A stretch of DNA of 64,000 nucleotides from an uncultured delta proteobacterium (GCA_963745025.1 CAVUWD010000016.1:512001-576000), one strand, 5' to 3'. Shown: positions 31,991-42,828, numbered from the stretch's first letter. Numbers and translations are program-made. The notes: generated by a model not told the origin, from the letters alone.

Positions 31991-33718
31991 TCAACCATTT
32001 GTTTTAGCGGATGAATTTCGTAGATCCTTGACGACCAACTGGAGCCGGTCGTAGCCGTCCCAGCGGCTGATCTCCGGGCTAAAGACGAGGTCGATGGACG
32101 TGCCGGCCGCCGGCTGTTGGTCCGCTCTGCCGAATGCGATCGCGTCGAGAGTTCTCCGGGCTCCACCGCCTCGCAAGCCGAGCTTGAGGTGGCGCTCGCC
32201 GACGATTCGGCTCGTGACGACCTCCAGCCCCTCAGCGAGAAACAACGGACGCGGGTTCGCTTGCCCGCAGGGCTCGAGCTTTTCGAGGTCTTCCATCGTC
32301 TCCGGGCCCAAATCCTCGGGGTCGAGTCGCGCGTCGACGAGAAGCTCGGGAACGAATCCCGCCTCCGGTGTCGTCGTCGCGATGGCGTCCTCGAATCGAT
32401 CGGCAAACTCCTTCAGGCGCTCGGTGCGGATCGTCATGCCGGCCGCCATGCGATGACCGCCGTAGCGCTCGAGCATATCCCCGCAGCGGCGGAGCGCCTC
32501 GAAGAGATGGACCGACGGGATTCCTCGTGCCGAGCCCCGCGCCACGTGGCCTTCGATGGCGAGTAGCACCACGGGTCGGAAATGACGCTCGACCACGCGA
32601 GAAGCGACGATCCCGACGACGCCCGCGTGCCACCCCTCGGAGGCGAGCACGAAGCTTCGGCGCCGGTCGCGGTCCTCCATCGCGGCAATCATCCGCTCGG
32701 CTTCCTCGACGATCGCTCCCTCGATGCCGCGTCGCTCGCGGTTCTGAGCGTCGAGCTCGCTCGCCAGTGGGCGGGCGACCGTCAGGTCGCGGCTGGTGAG
32801 CAATTCCACCGCCCGGGTAGCATCTGCCAGCCGCCCGCTTGCGTTCAGGCGCGGCCCGAGGCGGAAGCCGAGGGTGTCGATCGTCACCTCCTCGACGCCG
32901 CTCACCTCGAGGAGCGCCTGCAGTCCCGGCCGTTGGTTTCGGGCGATCTCTCGCAAGCCGTATTTCACCAGGACGCGATTCTCCTCGAGCAGGGGAACGA
33001 GATCGGCCACCGTACCGAGGGCAACCAGATCGAGATACCGCCTGAGGTCCGGTACGGCACCGCCCGTCTCGCGGAGCAGCATTCTCGTACCCATCAGCAG
33101 GTAGAAGACGACTCCCGCAGCGCTGAGGCCGGTGAACGGGAAGCCGGCGTCGGCGACGACTGGGTTGAGGACCGCCAGGGCGGGAGGCCGCACGGCCGGG
33201 TTCTGATGATGGTCGCAAACGATCAGCTCGAGACCGAGACGCCCCGCTTCGGCGATCTCCGGATGCGCCGCGGCGCCGCAGTCGGCGGTGATGACCAGCC
33301 GAGCCCCGCGTTCGCCGAGCTCGCGAAGCGCCGGCACCTTGAGCCCGTAGCCGTCGCGCATGCGGTGGGGAATGTGCAGCATCGGTTCGCACCCGAGCTC
33401 GCGCAGGAACAGCACGAGCTGCGTGCTCGCCGTGATTCCATCCACGTCGTAGTCGCCGTAAATCGCGATCCGCTCCCGGCGCCGTACGGCTTCGAGAATC
33501 CGACGCGCCGCCGTCTGCATGTCCCCGAAGAGCATCGGCGAGCGGAGACTTCGCGACAACGAGGCATCGAGGAAGTCCGCGGCGATCGCCGGCCCACGCA
33601 GACCGCGGTTCACGAGCAGCCGCGCCAGCAGAGGCCGGACGCCGAGCTCGCGCTCGAGCGCTCCCTCTGCGCCGGCGTCGGGCTCGATCAGCGACCAGCG
33701 GTTCGCCGTTCGCGCCAT
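31991..33718 (-). CDS. recJ: ssDNA-specific exonuclease RecJ
   Basis: YGDYDVDG, ITADCG, CDHH, GTVADLVPL, GPRLNASGR, GGHRMAAG. Confidence 0.95.
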   Translation of the reverse strand: MARTANRWSLIEPDAGAEGALERELGVRPLLARLLVNRGLRGPAIAADFLDASLSRSLRSPMLFGDMQTAARRILEAVRRRERIAIYGDYDVDGITASTQLVLFLRELGCEPMLHIPHRMRDGYGLKVPALRELGERGARLVITADCGAAAHPEIAEAGRLGLELIVCDHHQNPAVRPPALAVLNPVVADAGFPFTGLSAAGVVFYLLMGTRMLLRETGGAVPDLRRYLDLVALGTVADLVPLLEENRVLVKYGLREIARNQRPGLQALLEVSGVEEVTIDTLGFRLGPRLNASGRLADATRAVELLTSRDLTVARPLASELDAQNRERRGIEGAIVEEAERMIAAMEDRDRRRSFVLASEGWHAGVVGIVASRVVERHFRPVVLLAIEGHVARGSARGIPSVHLFEALRRCGDMLERYGGHRMAAGMTIRTERLKEFADRFEDAIATTTPEAGFVPELLVDARLDPEDLGPETMEDLEKLEPCGQANPRPLFLAEGLEVVTSRIVGERHLKLGLRGGGARRTLDAIAFGRADQQPAAGTSIDLVFSPEISRWDGYDRLQLVVKDLRNSSAKTNG

Positions 33719-33734
33719 CGAGCCTGTACGACGC

Positions 33735-34661
33735 CTACGCTGCGGCCTTGGCCCGCGGGCGCGGCTTGAAGTCCATGTAGAGCACGATCGGGCTCGCGAC
33801 GTAGATCGAGGAGTAGGTGCCCACGATGACGCCGACGAGAAGCGTAAAGGCGAAGCCGTGGATGATCTCGCCACCGAGGAAAAAGAGCGCGAGGACCACG
33901 AGCAGCACGGTGCCGCCCGTGAGGATCGTTCGGCTGAGTGTTTCGTTGATACTGCGGTTCATGACCGAGGCCAGCGGCTCGCGACGATTTTTCCGCATGT
34001 TCTCGCGGATTCGGTCGGACACGATCACGGTATCGTTCACGGAATAGCCGACGATCGTCAGCAGTGCCGCCACCGTGGTCAGGTCGAACTCCATCCGCAT
34101 GAACGAGAGCGCGCCGACCGCTACCATGACATCGTGTAGGAGGGCGACCGCGGCACCGATCCCGAATCGCGGCTCGAAACGCACGGCGATGTAGACTCCC
34201 ATCACCATCGTGGCGGCCAGAACGGCGAGCACCGCCCGCTGCCGGAGATCTTTCCCGACACGCGGGCCGACGCTTTCTACCCGCAGCACCTCGAAGTCGC
34301 TCTTCCCCTTGAAGCGCTCGCCGAGGGCGTTGCCGACCTGCTGCGGCAGCCCCCGCTTGAGCTCCGGATCGGATTCGAGCATCCGGACGATGAACTCGTT
34401 CGACCGTCCGCCGCCGAAGTCCTGCACGGTCACGTCCTTGGCGGAGATGCTCTCCACGGCGGAGCGGATGTCGGTGATCGAGACCGACTGCTGGAACTTC
34501 ACCTGCACCAGCGTGCCGCCCGCAAAGTCGATACCGTAGTTCACCCCGCGAAGAAACAGGGAGACGACGCCGAGCAAGATGACCACGATCGACGCGGTGA
34601 CGGCGTAGAAGCGGTAGCCGACGAAGTCGATGTTGGTTCCCGGTTTGATGAGCTCGAACAT
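33735..34661 (-). CDS. secF: Protein translocase subunit SecF
   Basis: GIDFAGGT, VGPRVG, ALLHD, GYSVNDTVIVSDRIREN. Confidence 0.97.
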   Translation of the reverse strand: MFELIKPGTNIDFVGYRFYAVTASIVVILLGVVSLFLRGVNYGIDFAGGTLVQVKFQQSVSITDIRSAVESISAKDVTVQDFGGGRSNEFIVRMLESDPELKRGLPQQVGNALGERFKGKSDFEVLRVESVGPRVGKDLRQRAVLAVLAATMVMGVYIAVRFEPRFGIGAAVALLHDVMVAVGALSFMRMEFDLTTVAALLTIVGYSVNDTVIVSDRIRENMRKNRREPLASVMNRSINETLSRTILTGGTVLLVVLALFFLGGEIIHGFAFTLLVGVIVGTYSSIYVASPIVLYMDFKPRPRAKAAA

Positions 34662-34672
34662 GCGGCGTGCCC

Positions 34673-36331
34673 TTAGATGGAGACAGTACGGATCTTGTAA
34701 ACTTGAACGCGAATGTCGTGCCAGACCCGTGTGCAGAAATACGCCGTGAAGATCGTAGTCACGAGCCCGATGCAGAGCATGACCGCGAAACCCTTCACCG
34801 GTCCGGAGCCGAACTGGAACAGGATCAATCCCGACAGAAACGTCGTCACGTGGGTGTCGACGATCGCCGGGAACGCACGCTCGTAGCCCGCCTCGACTGC
34901 GCCGCGGACCGTCTTGCCCGCGCGGAGCTCCTCGCGGATCCGTTCGTTGATCAGCACGTTCGCATCCACGGCCATGCCCATGGTGAGCACGATGCCGGCG
35001 ATGCCCGGCAACGTGAGCGTCGCGCCGAACGCCGCGAGCCCGGCGAGCATGTAGGCGACGTTGATCAGCATCGCGGCGTCCGCGAGCAGTCCGGCCCCTC
35101 GATAGTAGATCGCCATGAACACGACGACCAATCCGCCTCCGACCGCGAAAGAAAGCATCCCCTGATGGATCGAGTCACGGCCGAGGGATGGGCCCACGGT
35201 ACGCTCTTCGGCGATGGTCACCGGAGCCGGTAACGCCCCGGCCCGGAGCACGATCGTGAGATCGCGCGCTTCGCGAATGTCGAAGCTGCCAGTGATGATC
35301 GCGCGACCTCCGCCGATCCGTTCCTGGATGCGCGGCGCGGAGTACACCGTGTTGTCGAGCACGATCGCCATCCGGCGGCCCACGTTCTTCGAGGTGATGT
35401 CCTCGAAGAGATTCGCTCCGCGCGCATTGAACGTGAGCTCGACGAGGTAGTTGCCCGGCACGTTCGTGTCGGGCCGCGGCCGAGCGTCGGCGATCACCTC
35501 GCCGGTCATCAACGTCTTCTTCTCGACCAGATAGGCGATCGGCCGACTGTGCCCCGACAGCGGCTCGGTCTCCATGCCGCAGAGCACCTCCAGCCCGCCG
35601 CCCGCTCGGCTGCTCGCACGCGCGAGCGCTTGGCCGCGTTCCGGATCACGCAGCCGGCAAGGATCTTCACCGCCGAGCACGCTCTCCACGGTCTTGCTCT
35701 CGGCGAGGATCTTGAATTCGAGGATCGCCGTCTTGCCGATGATCCCCTTGGCGCGCTCGGGATCGGTCTCTCCCGGCAGCTGGACGAGAATCGAATCCGT
35801 TCCACTGCGCTGGATGATCGGCTCGGAGAGACCGAGCTGGTCGATGCGGTTGCGCACGGTCTCGAGCGATTGCTCGACCGCGAACTCCTGGATGCGCTCG
35901 ATCTCCTTCGACGTCAACGTGTACTTGAGTTGCCCTGCGGGTACGTCGGCGGTGACCCGCTGATAGGTGGGAAAGCGATCCTTCATGATCCCGGCGACCT
36001 GGTCGGCTTTCCCGTCCTCGGCGAGCTGGACGTCGATCGCCCGGCTTTGGTCACGGGCAATTCCCGCAACCGGCACGTGCGCGCTCTGAAGCTCGCGTTT
36101 GAGATCTTCGACGGTGCGCTCGACGCTGAACTCGAGCGCTTTCTCGGTCTGCACCTCGAGCACTAGATGCATGCCGCCCTGCAGATCGAGACCGAGGCGG
36201 ATCGCTTGATCCGGCAGGACGGACTTCCACCACGATGGCAGCGCGCTCACCAGCGACGGGAGGAGATAGATCGCGGCGGCAAAGGTCACCGCGGCCACGA
36301 TCAGCGTCCGATAGAGGAGGTTGCGGTTCAT
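34673..36331 (-). CDS. secD: Protein translocase subunit SecD
   Basis: LGLDLQGG, LRAGALPAP, VGPSLG, GMAVDANVLINERIREE. Confidence 0.97.
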   Translation of the reverse strand: MNRNLLYRTLIVAAVTFAAAIYLLPSLVSALPSWWKSVLPDQAIRLGLDLQGGMHLVLEVQTEKALEFSVERTVEDLKRELQSAHVPVAGIARDQSRAIDVQLAEDGKADQVAGIMKDRFPTYQRVTADVPAGQLKYTLTSKEIERIQEFAVEQSLETVRNRIDQLGLSEPIIQRSGTDSILVQLPGETDPERAKGIIGKTAILEFKILAESKTVESVLGGEDPCRLRDPERGQALARASSRAGGGLEVLCGMETEPLSGHSRPIAYLVEKKTLMTGEVIADARPRPDTNVPGNYLVELTFNARGANLFEDITSKNVGRRMAIVLDNTVYSAPRIQERIGGGRAIITGSFDIREARDLTIVLRAGALPAPVTIAEERTVGPSLGRDSIHQGMLSFAVGGGLVVVFMAIYYRGAGLLADAAMLINVAYMLAGLAAFGATLTLPGIAGIVLTMGMAVDANVLINERIREELRAGKTVRGAVEAGYERAFPAIVDTHVTTFLSGLILFQFGSGPVKGFAVMLCIGLVTTIFTAYFCTRVWHDIRVQVYKIRTVSI

Positions 36332-36666
36332 GATCCGCTGCTTTCCTTTTCCTCCGCCTTGGCAGGTCGCGCGGCCAACGGCTCGATGCTCTTGCGGTCC
36401 ACACGCACGCGGACGTTCGGAGCGATCTCGACCGAGATCACCGCTCCCTTGATGTCGACGACGCGCCCGTAGAGTCCGCCCGCCGCGAGCACCTCCTCGC
36501 CCTTCTTCAGCTTGCTGCGGAAATCATCCTTCTGGCGCTCTTTCGTCTGCTGCGGGCGGATCACCAGGAAGTAGAAGATGGCGAAGATCGCCGTCATCAT
36601 CACCGCCGGCCCGAAGGCCGAGGGTCCATCCCCACCCCCCAACTGGGCGAGTACCAGCTGATTCAT
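36328..36666 (-). CDS. yajC: Preprotein translocase subunit YajC
   Basis: IFYFLVIRPQQ, LKKGEEV..GGLYG; located between tgt and secD. Confidence 0.95.
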   Translation of the reverse strand: MNQLVLAQLGGGDGPSAFGPAVMMTAIFAIFYFLVIRPQQTKERQKDDFRSKLKKGEEVLAAGGLYGRVVDIKGAVISVEIAPNVRVRVDRKSIEPLAARPAKAEEKESSGS

Positions 36667-37796
36667 TCTCCCTCCTCACCCTCCCCCGACAGGTCGACGA
36701 GTATCCGCGATGTGTATTCCGGAAACCGCTCCTGCTCAAGTGCTCGGCGCATGTCGCCGAGCAGCTTCAGATAGAAGGCGAGATTATGAACCGTGTTGAG
36801 CACGGCCGAGAGGATTTCTCCGGCGACGGCCAAATGACGCAGATAGGCGCGGCTGAAGCGCCGGCAAACGGGACAGTCGCAGCGTGAATCGATGGGTGCG
36901 GGGTCGCGTGCGAAACGGGCGTTGCGGATGTTCAATCGGCCGATCGACGTGAAGAGCGTCCCGTTCCTCGCGTTGCGAGTCGGCAGCACGCAATCGAAGA
37001 GATCGTAACCCATCGACACCAGCCGGACGAGATCCTCGGGGGTCCCGGCTCCCATCAGATAGCGCGGCCGCTCGAACGGCAGGCGATCGATGGTCGTCGA
37101 AGCGACTTCGTAGAAGAGCGGGCGCGGCTCGCCGACCGACAAGCCGCCGACGGCGTAGCCGGGCAGATCGAGGCCAACCGCGAGCTCCGCGCTCCGTGCC
37201 CGAAGATTCTCGAACACGCCGCCTTGGACGATGCCGAAGAGCGCCCCCTCGCTCGTCCAAGCGGCTCGAGAGCGACCGAGCCAGCGGGCGGTGCGCGAAA
37301 CGGATTCCTCGACGCGACCCTGCTCGGAGGGATACGGCGGGCAGTCATCGAGCGGCATCAAGATGTCGACGCCGAGCGCCTCCTCGATCTCGACTACCCG
37401 AGCCGGGGTCAAGTCGTGGATCGAGCCATCGAGATGAGAGCGGATGCGCACGCCTTCGTCGCCGAGCCGCACGAGCCCTGCGAGGCTGAAGATCTGGAAT
37501 CCACCGCTGTCCGTGAGCACCGGCCCGTCCCAACCCATGAACTTGGAGAGGCCCCCGAGCTCTCGGATCACGTCCGCACCAGGCCGAAGAAACAGGTGAT
37601 ATGCGTTGGCGAGCACGATCTCGGCACCGAGGCGGCGCAGCTCGTCCGGCGTGATCCCCTTCACCGCCCCGACCGTCGCGACCGGCATGAACGCGGGCGT
37701 CTGCACGGTGCCTCGTGCGGTCACGATGCGGCCACTCCGCGCTCGGCTTTCCACGTCCCGCCGAAGCATCTCGAAACGAAACGGCCGCTCGGTCAT
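36663..37796 (-). CDS. tgt: Queuine tRNA-ribosyltransferase
   Basis: TPAFMPV, LTDSGGFQ, GIVQGG, DCVLPTRNARNG, CDCPVC, HNL. Confidence 0.97.
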   Translation of the reverse strand: MTERPFRFEMLRRDVESRARSGRIVTARGTVQTPAFMPVATVGAVKGITPDELRRLGAEIVLANAYHLFLRPGADVIRELGGLSKFMGWDGPVLTDSGGFQIFSLAGLVRLGDEGVRIRSHLDGSIHDLTPARVVEIEEALGVDILMPLDDCPPYPSEQGRVEESVSRTARWLGRSRAAWTSEGALFGIVQGGVFENLRARSAELAVGLDLPGYAVGGLSVGEPRPLFYEVASTTIDRLPFERPRYLMGAGTPEDLVRLVSMGYDLFDCVLPTRNARNGTLFTSIGRLNIRNARFARDPAPIDSRCDCPVCRRFSRAYLRHLAVAGEILSAVLNTVHNLAFYLKLLGDMRRALEQERFPEYTSRILVDLSGEGEEGE

Positions 37797-38830
37797 ACGA
37801 TCAGCATGGCGTCGCCGTAGCTGTAGAAACGATAGCGCTCGGCGACTGCTTCGCGGTAGGCATCGAGCACGAGCTCCTTGCCCGCGAACGCCGCCACGAG
37901 CATGAGCAGCGTCGAGCGCGGCAGATGGAAGTTCGTGATCAGCGCATCCACCACGTGGAAGCGAAAGCCCGGTACGATGAAAGCGTCGACTTCCGTCGAG
38001 CGCGCCCGAGGCGCGAGATCACCGAGTGCCCCCTCGAGAGCACGTACGGTCGTCGTACCCACGGCAATCACGCGGCGACCCTCTCGCTTGGCGGCTGCCA
38101 CTGCCTGCGCGGCTTGCACGGGGATCTCCACGCGCTCCGCCGCCATCCGATGCTCCTCGATCCGCTGGCCGCGGATCGGCAAGAACGTTCCCGGCCCGAC
38201 GTGAAGCGTCAGACTGACGACCTCGATACCATCGCGACCGAGCCCGTCGAGCATCGCCTCGGTGAAATGCAGTCCCGCGGTAGGGGCGGCCACCGCACCG
38301 AGCGCGCGGGCGTAGACCGTCTGATACGCGACGACGTCCTCTTCTCGCGGCGCTCGCCGAATGTAAGGCGGTAGCGGCACTTCGCCGATCTCTTCGAGCA
38401 ACGTGGCGATGGCGCGCGGCGCATCGAGACGGACGCGCCGGACGCCGTCGTCATCACCGTCGTCGAGCCAGGTCGCGACGATTCCGCCCTGGAGCTTCGC
38501 CGAGCTTCCGCGGCGCAGCCGACGTCCCGGCCGGGCGAGACAACACCATACTTCTCCGCCTTCGGCCTCACCCTCCGAACAAAGCAGCAGCAGCTCGACG
38601 TCGCCACCGCCTTCGCGCTTCCCCCGCAGACGCGCACGCATCACCCGCGTGTCGTTCCGAACGACAAGATCCCCCGCGGTGAGCCACTGCGGAAGCAGGC
38701 GAAACTCGGAATGCGTCCAGGTCCCGCGCGTGCGATCGAGGACCATCAGCCGCGACGCGCCACGTTCTCGGGGAGGAAACTGCGCGATCCGATCAACGGG
38801 CAGGTCGTAGTCGAACTCCTCGACGCGCAT
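37793..38830 (-). CDS. queA: SAM:tRNA ribosyltransferase-isomerase
   Basis: FDYDLP, PLPPYI, AAPTAGLHF, TNFHLPRSTL, YRFYSYGDAM. Confidence 0.97.
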   Translation of the reverse strand: MRVEEFDYDLPVDRIAQFPPRERGASRLMVLDRTRGTWTHSEFRLLPQWLTAGDLVVRNDTRVMRARLRGKREGGGDVELLLLCSEGEAEGGEVWCCLARPGRRLRRGSSAKLQGGIVATWLDDGDDDGVRRVRLDAPRAIATLLEEIGEVPLPPYIRRAPREEDVVAYQTVYARALGAVAAPTAGLHFTEAMLDGLGRDGIEVVSLTLHVGPGTFLPIRGQRIEEHRMAAERVEIPVQAAQAVAAAKREGRRVIAVGTTTVRALEGALGDLAPRARSTEVDAFIVPGFRFHVVDALITNFHLPRSTLLMLVAAFAGKELVLDAYREAVAERYRFYSYGDAMLIV

Positions 38831-38849
38831 GAAACCGACGAAGCCGCCC

Positions 38850-39602
38850 TCAGTCCCTGGCCTTCGGACTGCTCTTCGGCAGCGGTAGGCCGAGCTCCTG
38901 CATGACGGCCTGTATGTCCTCCCAGACGAGCTTCTTGTCGGCTGGATTGCGCAGCAGGTACGAGGGATGAAACGTGGGCATCAGGCGTCGGCCCCGAAAC
39001 GAAAACCAGCGGCCGCGTAGCTTGCTGATGGGGGTAGCGGTTTCGAGCAGCATCTGCGCGGCGAACTTGCCGAGCGCGACGACCACCTTGGGATCGACCG
39101 TGTCGATCTGCGCGAGCAGGAACGGCTGGCAGGCCGCGATCTCATCGGGCTCGGGATTGCGGTTCCCCGGCGGTCGGCATTTGACGACGTTGGCGATGTA
39201 GACGTCGCTGCGGCGAAGTCCCATACCCTTGGTGATGATCTCCGTCAGCAGCTGGCCGGCCCGGCCGACGAACGGCTCGCCCTGGCGGTCCTCCTCCTCT
39301 CCCGGTCCTTCGCCGATGAACATGAGCGCGGCGCCCGGGTTCCCCACGCCGAACACGATCTGCGTCCGCCGCTCGCAGAGCTTGCAGCGGCGGCAGTCGC
39401 CGAGCTGCTCGCGCACCGCGGCGAGCGCGGTGCCACCCGTGGCCGCGGCGGGCGCTTGCGGCGAGACTTCGATAGACGTTGGCCGCACGAAGCGCTGCCC
39501 CCGAGGAAAGCCGTCGACAAACGCGTCGCGTGCGTCCTCCACCCAGGCGCGGAAGCCGCCGATCACTGCGCGTAGTCTCTCTTGTCGGGTGATGTCCGCC
39601 AA
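38850..39602 (-). CDS. udg: Uracil-DNA glycosylase, family 4
   Basis: [39 protein letters not shown]; start TTG 39602 or GTG 39566 uncertain. Confidence 0.9.
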   Translation of the reverse strand: MADITRQERLRAVIGGFRAWVEDARDAFVDGFPRGQRFVRPTSIEVSPQAPAAATGGTALAAVREQLGDCRRCKLCERRTQIVFGVGNPGAALMFIGEGPGEEEDRQGEPFVGRAGQLLTEIITKGMGLRRSDVYIANVVKCRPPGNRNPEPDEIAACQPFLLAQIDTVDPKVVVALGKFAAQMLLETATPISKLRGRWFSFRGRRLMPTFHPSYLLRNPADKKLVWEDIQAVMQELGLPLPKSSPKARD

Positions 39603-39620
39603 TATAGCTTCGGATCCAGG

Positions 39621-40514
39621 ATGCCTTGGCTTGCGCTCGTCGGCGCTGCCGTGATCCTTCTCGCTCTTCCGGACTCCGCTTGGGCGTGGGGTCCCGTCAC
39701 GCACCTCTATCACGGCGCCGAGGCGTTGCGGGACCTTACCAACCTCCCGGCAACGCTACAACGACTGCTCGGCGAGTACCGTTGGGAATACCTCTACGGT
39801 ACGATCGCCGCCGACATCGTCCAAGTGAAGCGCTACACGCGGTCGATGTACACCCACTGTCATAGCTGGCGCGTGGGTTGGAAGATGCTCGGTGCGGCGA
39901 CCGCACCTCCGGAGAGAGCGTTCGCCTACGGGTACCTGTCGCACCTCTGCTCGGATACGTATTCGCACAACTATTTCGTTCCGACCCAGCTGGTAACGAG
40001 CTTCCCGAGCGCCGCCCGGCGTCACGTCTACTGGGAGGCGCGCTTCGACGCGCAGCTAGAGGACGCGCACCGCGACCTGCTTCGCGGCGTCTCCAACCGC
40101 GACTTTTCCGAATGCGACGCGCTGGTCGAGCGCGTGGTGGGAAAGACCCTCTTCTCGTTTCGCACGAACAAGCGGATCTTCGAGTCGATGGTGACGCTCC
40201 AGCATCTCCGCCGCTGGCAGGCGACGCTGCGCCGGATCACCGCACGCTCTCGCTTCTCGCTGGCGGATAGCGAGATGAATCGTTACAACAGCCTGTGTAT
40301 CGTCGCGATCCGGGATCTGCTGAAGCACGGCGAGCAGGCGACGGTGTTGCGCTACGATCCGAACGGCCACGAGAGCCTGCGGCGCGCCAAGGAGATCCGT
40401 CGCAAGCTCCGCGAGCTGCGTCGTCGCCGCGTACCGATCGAAGACATCCGGCGGCGCTTTCTCGAAGCGTTCGACGAGGCGCGCCGCGAAGGTTGCGTGC
40501 CGGAGCGCGGCTAG
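39621..40514 (+). CDS. Zinc-dependent phospholipase C family protein
   Basis: Signal peptide then AWGPVTH (mature N-terminal Trp), G...[18 protein letters not shown]. Confidence 0.82.
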   Translation: MPWLALVGAAVILLALPDSAWAWGPVTHLYHGAEALRDLTNLPATLQRLLGEYRWEYLYGTIAADIVQVKRYTRSMYTHCHSWRVGWKMLGAATAPPERAFAYGYLSHLCSDTYSHNYFVPTQLVTSFPSAARRHVYWEARFDAQLEDAHRDLLRGVSNRDFSECDALVERVVGKTLFSFRTNKRIFESMVTLQHLRRWQATLRRITARSRFSLADSEMNRYNSLCIVAIRDLLKHGEQATVLRYDPNGHESLRRAKEIRRKLRELRRRRVPIEDIRRRFLEAFDEARREGCVPERG

Positions 40515-40535
40515 TGTCCTGAGTCCGGACACTAG
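40511..40535. repeat. CTAG-flanked mini inverted repeat
   Basis: CTAGTGTCC-TGAGTCC-GGACACTAG. Confidence 0.8.
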
Positions 40536-41791
40536 GACTCCAGCCGTTCCCCCCGCGCTCGTCCTTCGGCTTTGCCGTTTCCACGGGGCCGTGCCTTGCG
40601 CACGGCGGCAACCCGGTCCATCAGCCGTTCGGCGACCTCTTCCTTGTCCAGCAGCGGCCAGCCTTCCGCCTCGCCCTCCGCGCCGATGAGCCATACGCGA
40701 TTGGTGTCGACGTCGAAGCCGGCATCGGCCTGGCTCACGTCGTTCAGCACGATCAGGTCGAGCCGCTTTTCGCGCAGTTTCCGTCGCGCGTGCTCGATGC
40801 CGTGCTCGGTCTCGGCAGCGAAACCGACGAGCAGGCGATCGGCCCGACGTCGCGCGCCGACCTCGGAGAGGATGTCGCTCGTTTGCTCGAGGGTCAGCGG
40901 CAGCACGCCGGTCGCCTTCTTGATCTTCTGACGAGCTGGGTTGGCTACGCGGTAGTCGGCGACCGCGGCCGTCATCACGATGACCGTGGCCCACGACTCG
41001 CGCCCGAGAACTGAGTCACGCATTTCGGCGGCCGTGGTCACCGGAACGCACTCGACTCCGGGCGGCGCATCGAGGCTCGTCGGCCCGGTCACGAGCACGA
41101 CCGAAGCGCCGCGACGCCATGCCGACGCTGCCACGGCGAAGCCCATCTTCCCCGAAGAGCGATTGGAGACGAAGCGCACCGGGTCGATCGCCTCGCGAGT
41201 CGGACCTGCGGTCACCAACACCCGCTCGCCCGCGAGCGTCTGGGGCGTGAGCGCGGCTTTAAGGCCTTCGACCAGCGCTGCCGCGGAGGCGAGGCGACCC
41301 GGCCCCTCGTATCCACAGGCGAGGAAACCTTCGTCTGGGTCGACGATCCGCATGCCGCGTTCGCGCAGTTGCGCCAGATTCGCCTGTACGGCGGGATTGC
41401 GGAGCATGTTCACGTTCATGGCCGGCGCGACGACGATCGGTGCACGCGTCGCAAGCGCGACCGTGCTGAGCAGATCGTCGGCGATTCCGTGAGCGAGCTT
41501 GCCGATCACGTTGGCGGTGGCGGGAGCGATCACCAGCACGTCGGCCGAATCGGCGAGCCGGATGTGGCCGATCTCGGACTCCTGCGTGAGGTCGAACGCG
41601 TCGGTGGCGACCGGGTGTCCGGAGAGGGTCTGCAAGGTGAGCGGCGTGATGAACTCCTGCGCGGCTCGGGTCATGATCACGCGAACTCGGACATTCTCCT
41701 TGACGAGGGTACGTACGAGCTCCGCGCCCTTGTAACAGGCGATGCCTCCGGAGAGTCCGATGACCACCGTCTTTTCGCTGAGTGTCGGCAT
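40532..41791 (-). CDS. coaBC: Bifunctional phosphopantothenoylcysteine decarboxylase/synthase
   Basis: GGIACYK, HI.LAD, PAMNVNM, LACG..G.GR, TAGPTREAIDPVR, NRSSGKMG, GFAAET. Confidence 0.96.
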   Translation of the reverse strand: MPTLSEKTVVIGLSGGIACYKGAELVRTLVKENVRVRVIMTRAAQEFITPLTLQTLSGHPVATDAFDLTQESEIGHIRLADSADVLVIAPATANVIGKLAHGIADDLLSTVALATRAPIVVAPAMNVNMLRNPAVQANLAQLRERGMRIVDPDEGFLACGYEGPGRLASAAALVEGLKAALTPQTLAGERVLVTAGPTREAIDPVRFVSNRSSGKMGFAVAASAWRRGASVVLVTGPTSLDAPPGVECVPVTTAAEMRDSVLGRESWATVIVMTAAVADYRVANPARQKIKKATGVLPLTLEQTSDILSEVGARRRADRLLVGFAAETEHGIEHARRKLREKRLDLIVLNDVSQADAGFDVDTNRVWLIGAEGEAEGWPLLDKEEVAERLMDRVAAVRKARPRGNGKAEGRARGERLES

Positions 41792-42805
41792 CTACGGCCC
41801 ATCCGTGGACTCCGCGCCGGAGGCAGCGGAGGCCTCGGCGCGGATTTCCTTCAGGCTCAGATTCTCCCTGAGAAAGAAGTATAGACCAGGCAGAACGCTG
41901 CTGGCGAACTGCACGACGTGCTCGAGCACCGAATAACTGAAGGCGAGGCTCTTGGCGATCCCGTATACTCCGAGCGCCACCTCGCAGCCCACCTGGAACA
42001 TGCCGATGAATCCCGGTCCGCCCGGGACCGAGACCGCGATGGCGACGATCGCCGTCAGTGACAGTGCGCCGCGGACCCACGGCACCGGCAGATCGAAGGC
42101 CACGATCCCCAGGCCGAAGGCCCCCGCCACCCCAAGCCAGACCGCGAGCGAGTAGATCACGGCGAGCCCGATCGCCGCGGCGCTCTTCAGGCTGGCGAGT
42201 CCATCGGCGAACTGGTGGGCTGCTCGCAGCAACGGGGCGGAGATCTGCACCGGGAACGGCTGCAGGACCAGCTCGAGCACGGCGACGGTTCGGGAAGGAA
42301 GCCGCTGTAGCGCCACCAACAGGGCGAGAAATACGGCGAAGGTGGCGAGAAAGAACCAGCCGTATCGCTTCCACTCCGGTGGCAGCGGCAGCGTGAGCGT
42401 CGCCACACCGAAGAAGAGGAGCAGCACCGCCATGTCGAAGAGTCGCTCGACCGCCACCGTCGCCATCGTCGGCGCGAGCGGCAAATTCTCCTTCCGCGCG
42501 AGGAGCCAGGGGCGGAGCACTTCGCCCGCGCGGAGCGGGAGCAGCATGTTGGCGGCGAATCCCATCGCGGTCGCGGAGAACAGGGATTGCGGACTCACCT
42601 TGGCCATCGGTCGGAGCAGCACGCCCCAGCGCAGCGCCCGGAAATAGAGCGACACGACCCCGACGACGAAGATCAACGGCACGTATGCGACGTGCGCCGC
42701 GCCGAGCGCCGCCGCGGTCTCCTGCCACGAAACCCCGCGGACCGCGATCCACAGGAAGACGCCGGAGAGCCCGAGGCTCAGGGCGATGCGCAGGAAGTGT
42801 TTCAC
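41792..42805 (-). CDS. UPF0104/LPG_synthase_TM flippase-like membrane protein
   Basis: RALRW, GFAANMLLPLRAGEVLR, VERLFD, PGFIG; GTG start 42805. Confidence 0.88.
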   Translation of the reverse strand: MKHFLRIALSLGLSGVFLWIAVRGVSWQETAAALGAAHVAYVPLIFVVGVVSLYFRALRWGVLLRPMAKVSPQSLFSATAMGFAANMLLPLRAGEVLRPWLLARKENLPLAPTMATVAVERLFDMAVLLLFFGVATLTLPLPPEWKRYGWFFLATFAVFLALLVALQRLPSRTVAVLELVLQPFPVQISAPLLRAAHQFADGLASLKSAAAIGLAVIYSLAVWLGVAGAFGLGIVAFDLPVPWVRGALSLTAIVAIAVSVPGGPGFIGMFQVGCEVALGVYGIAKSLAFSYSVLEHVVQFASSVLPGLYFFLRENLSLKEIRAEASAASGAESTDGP

Positions 42806-42828
42806 GCCCAAGGAAATCGGGGCGTCGC

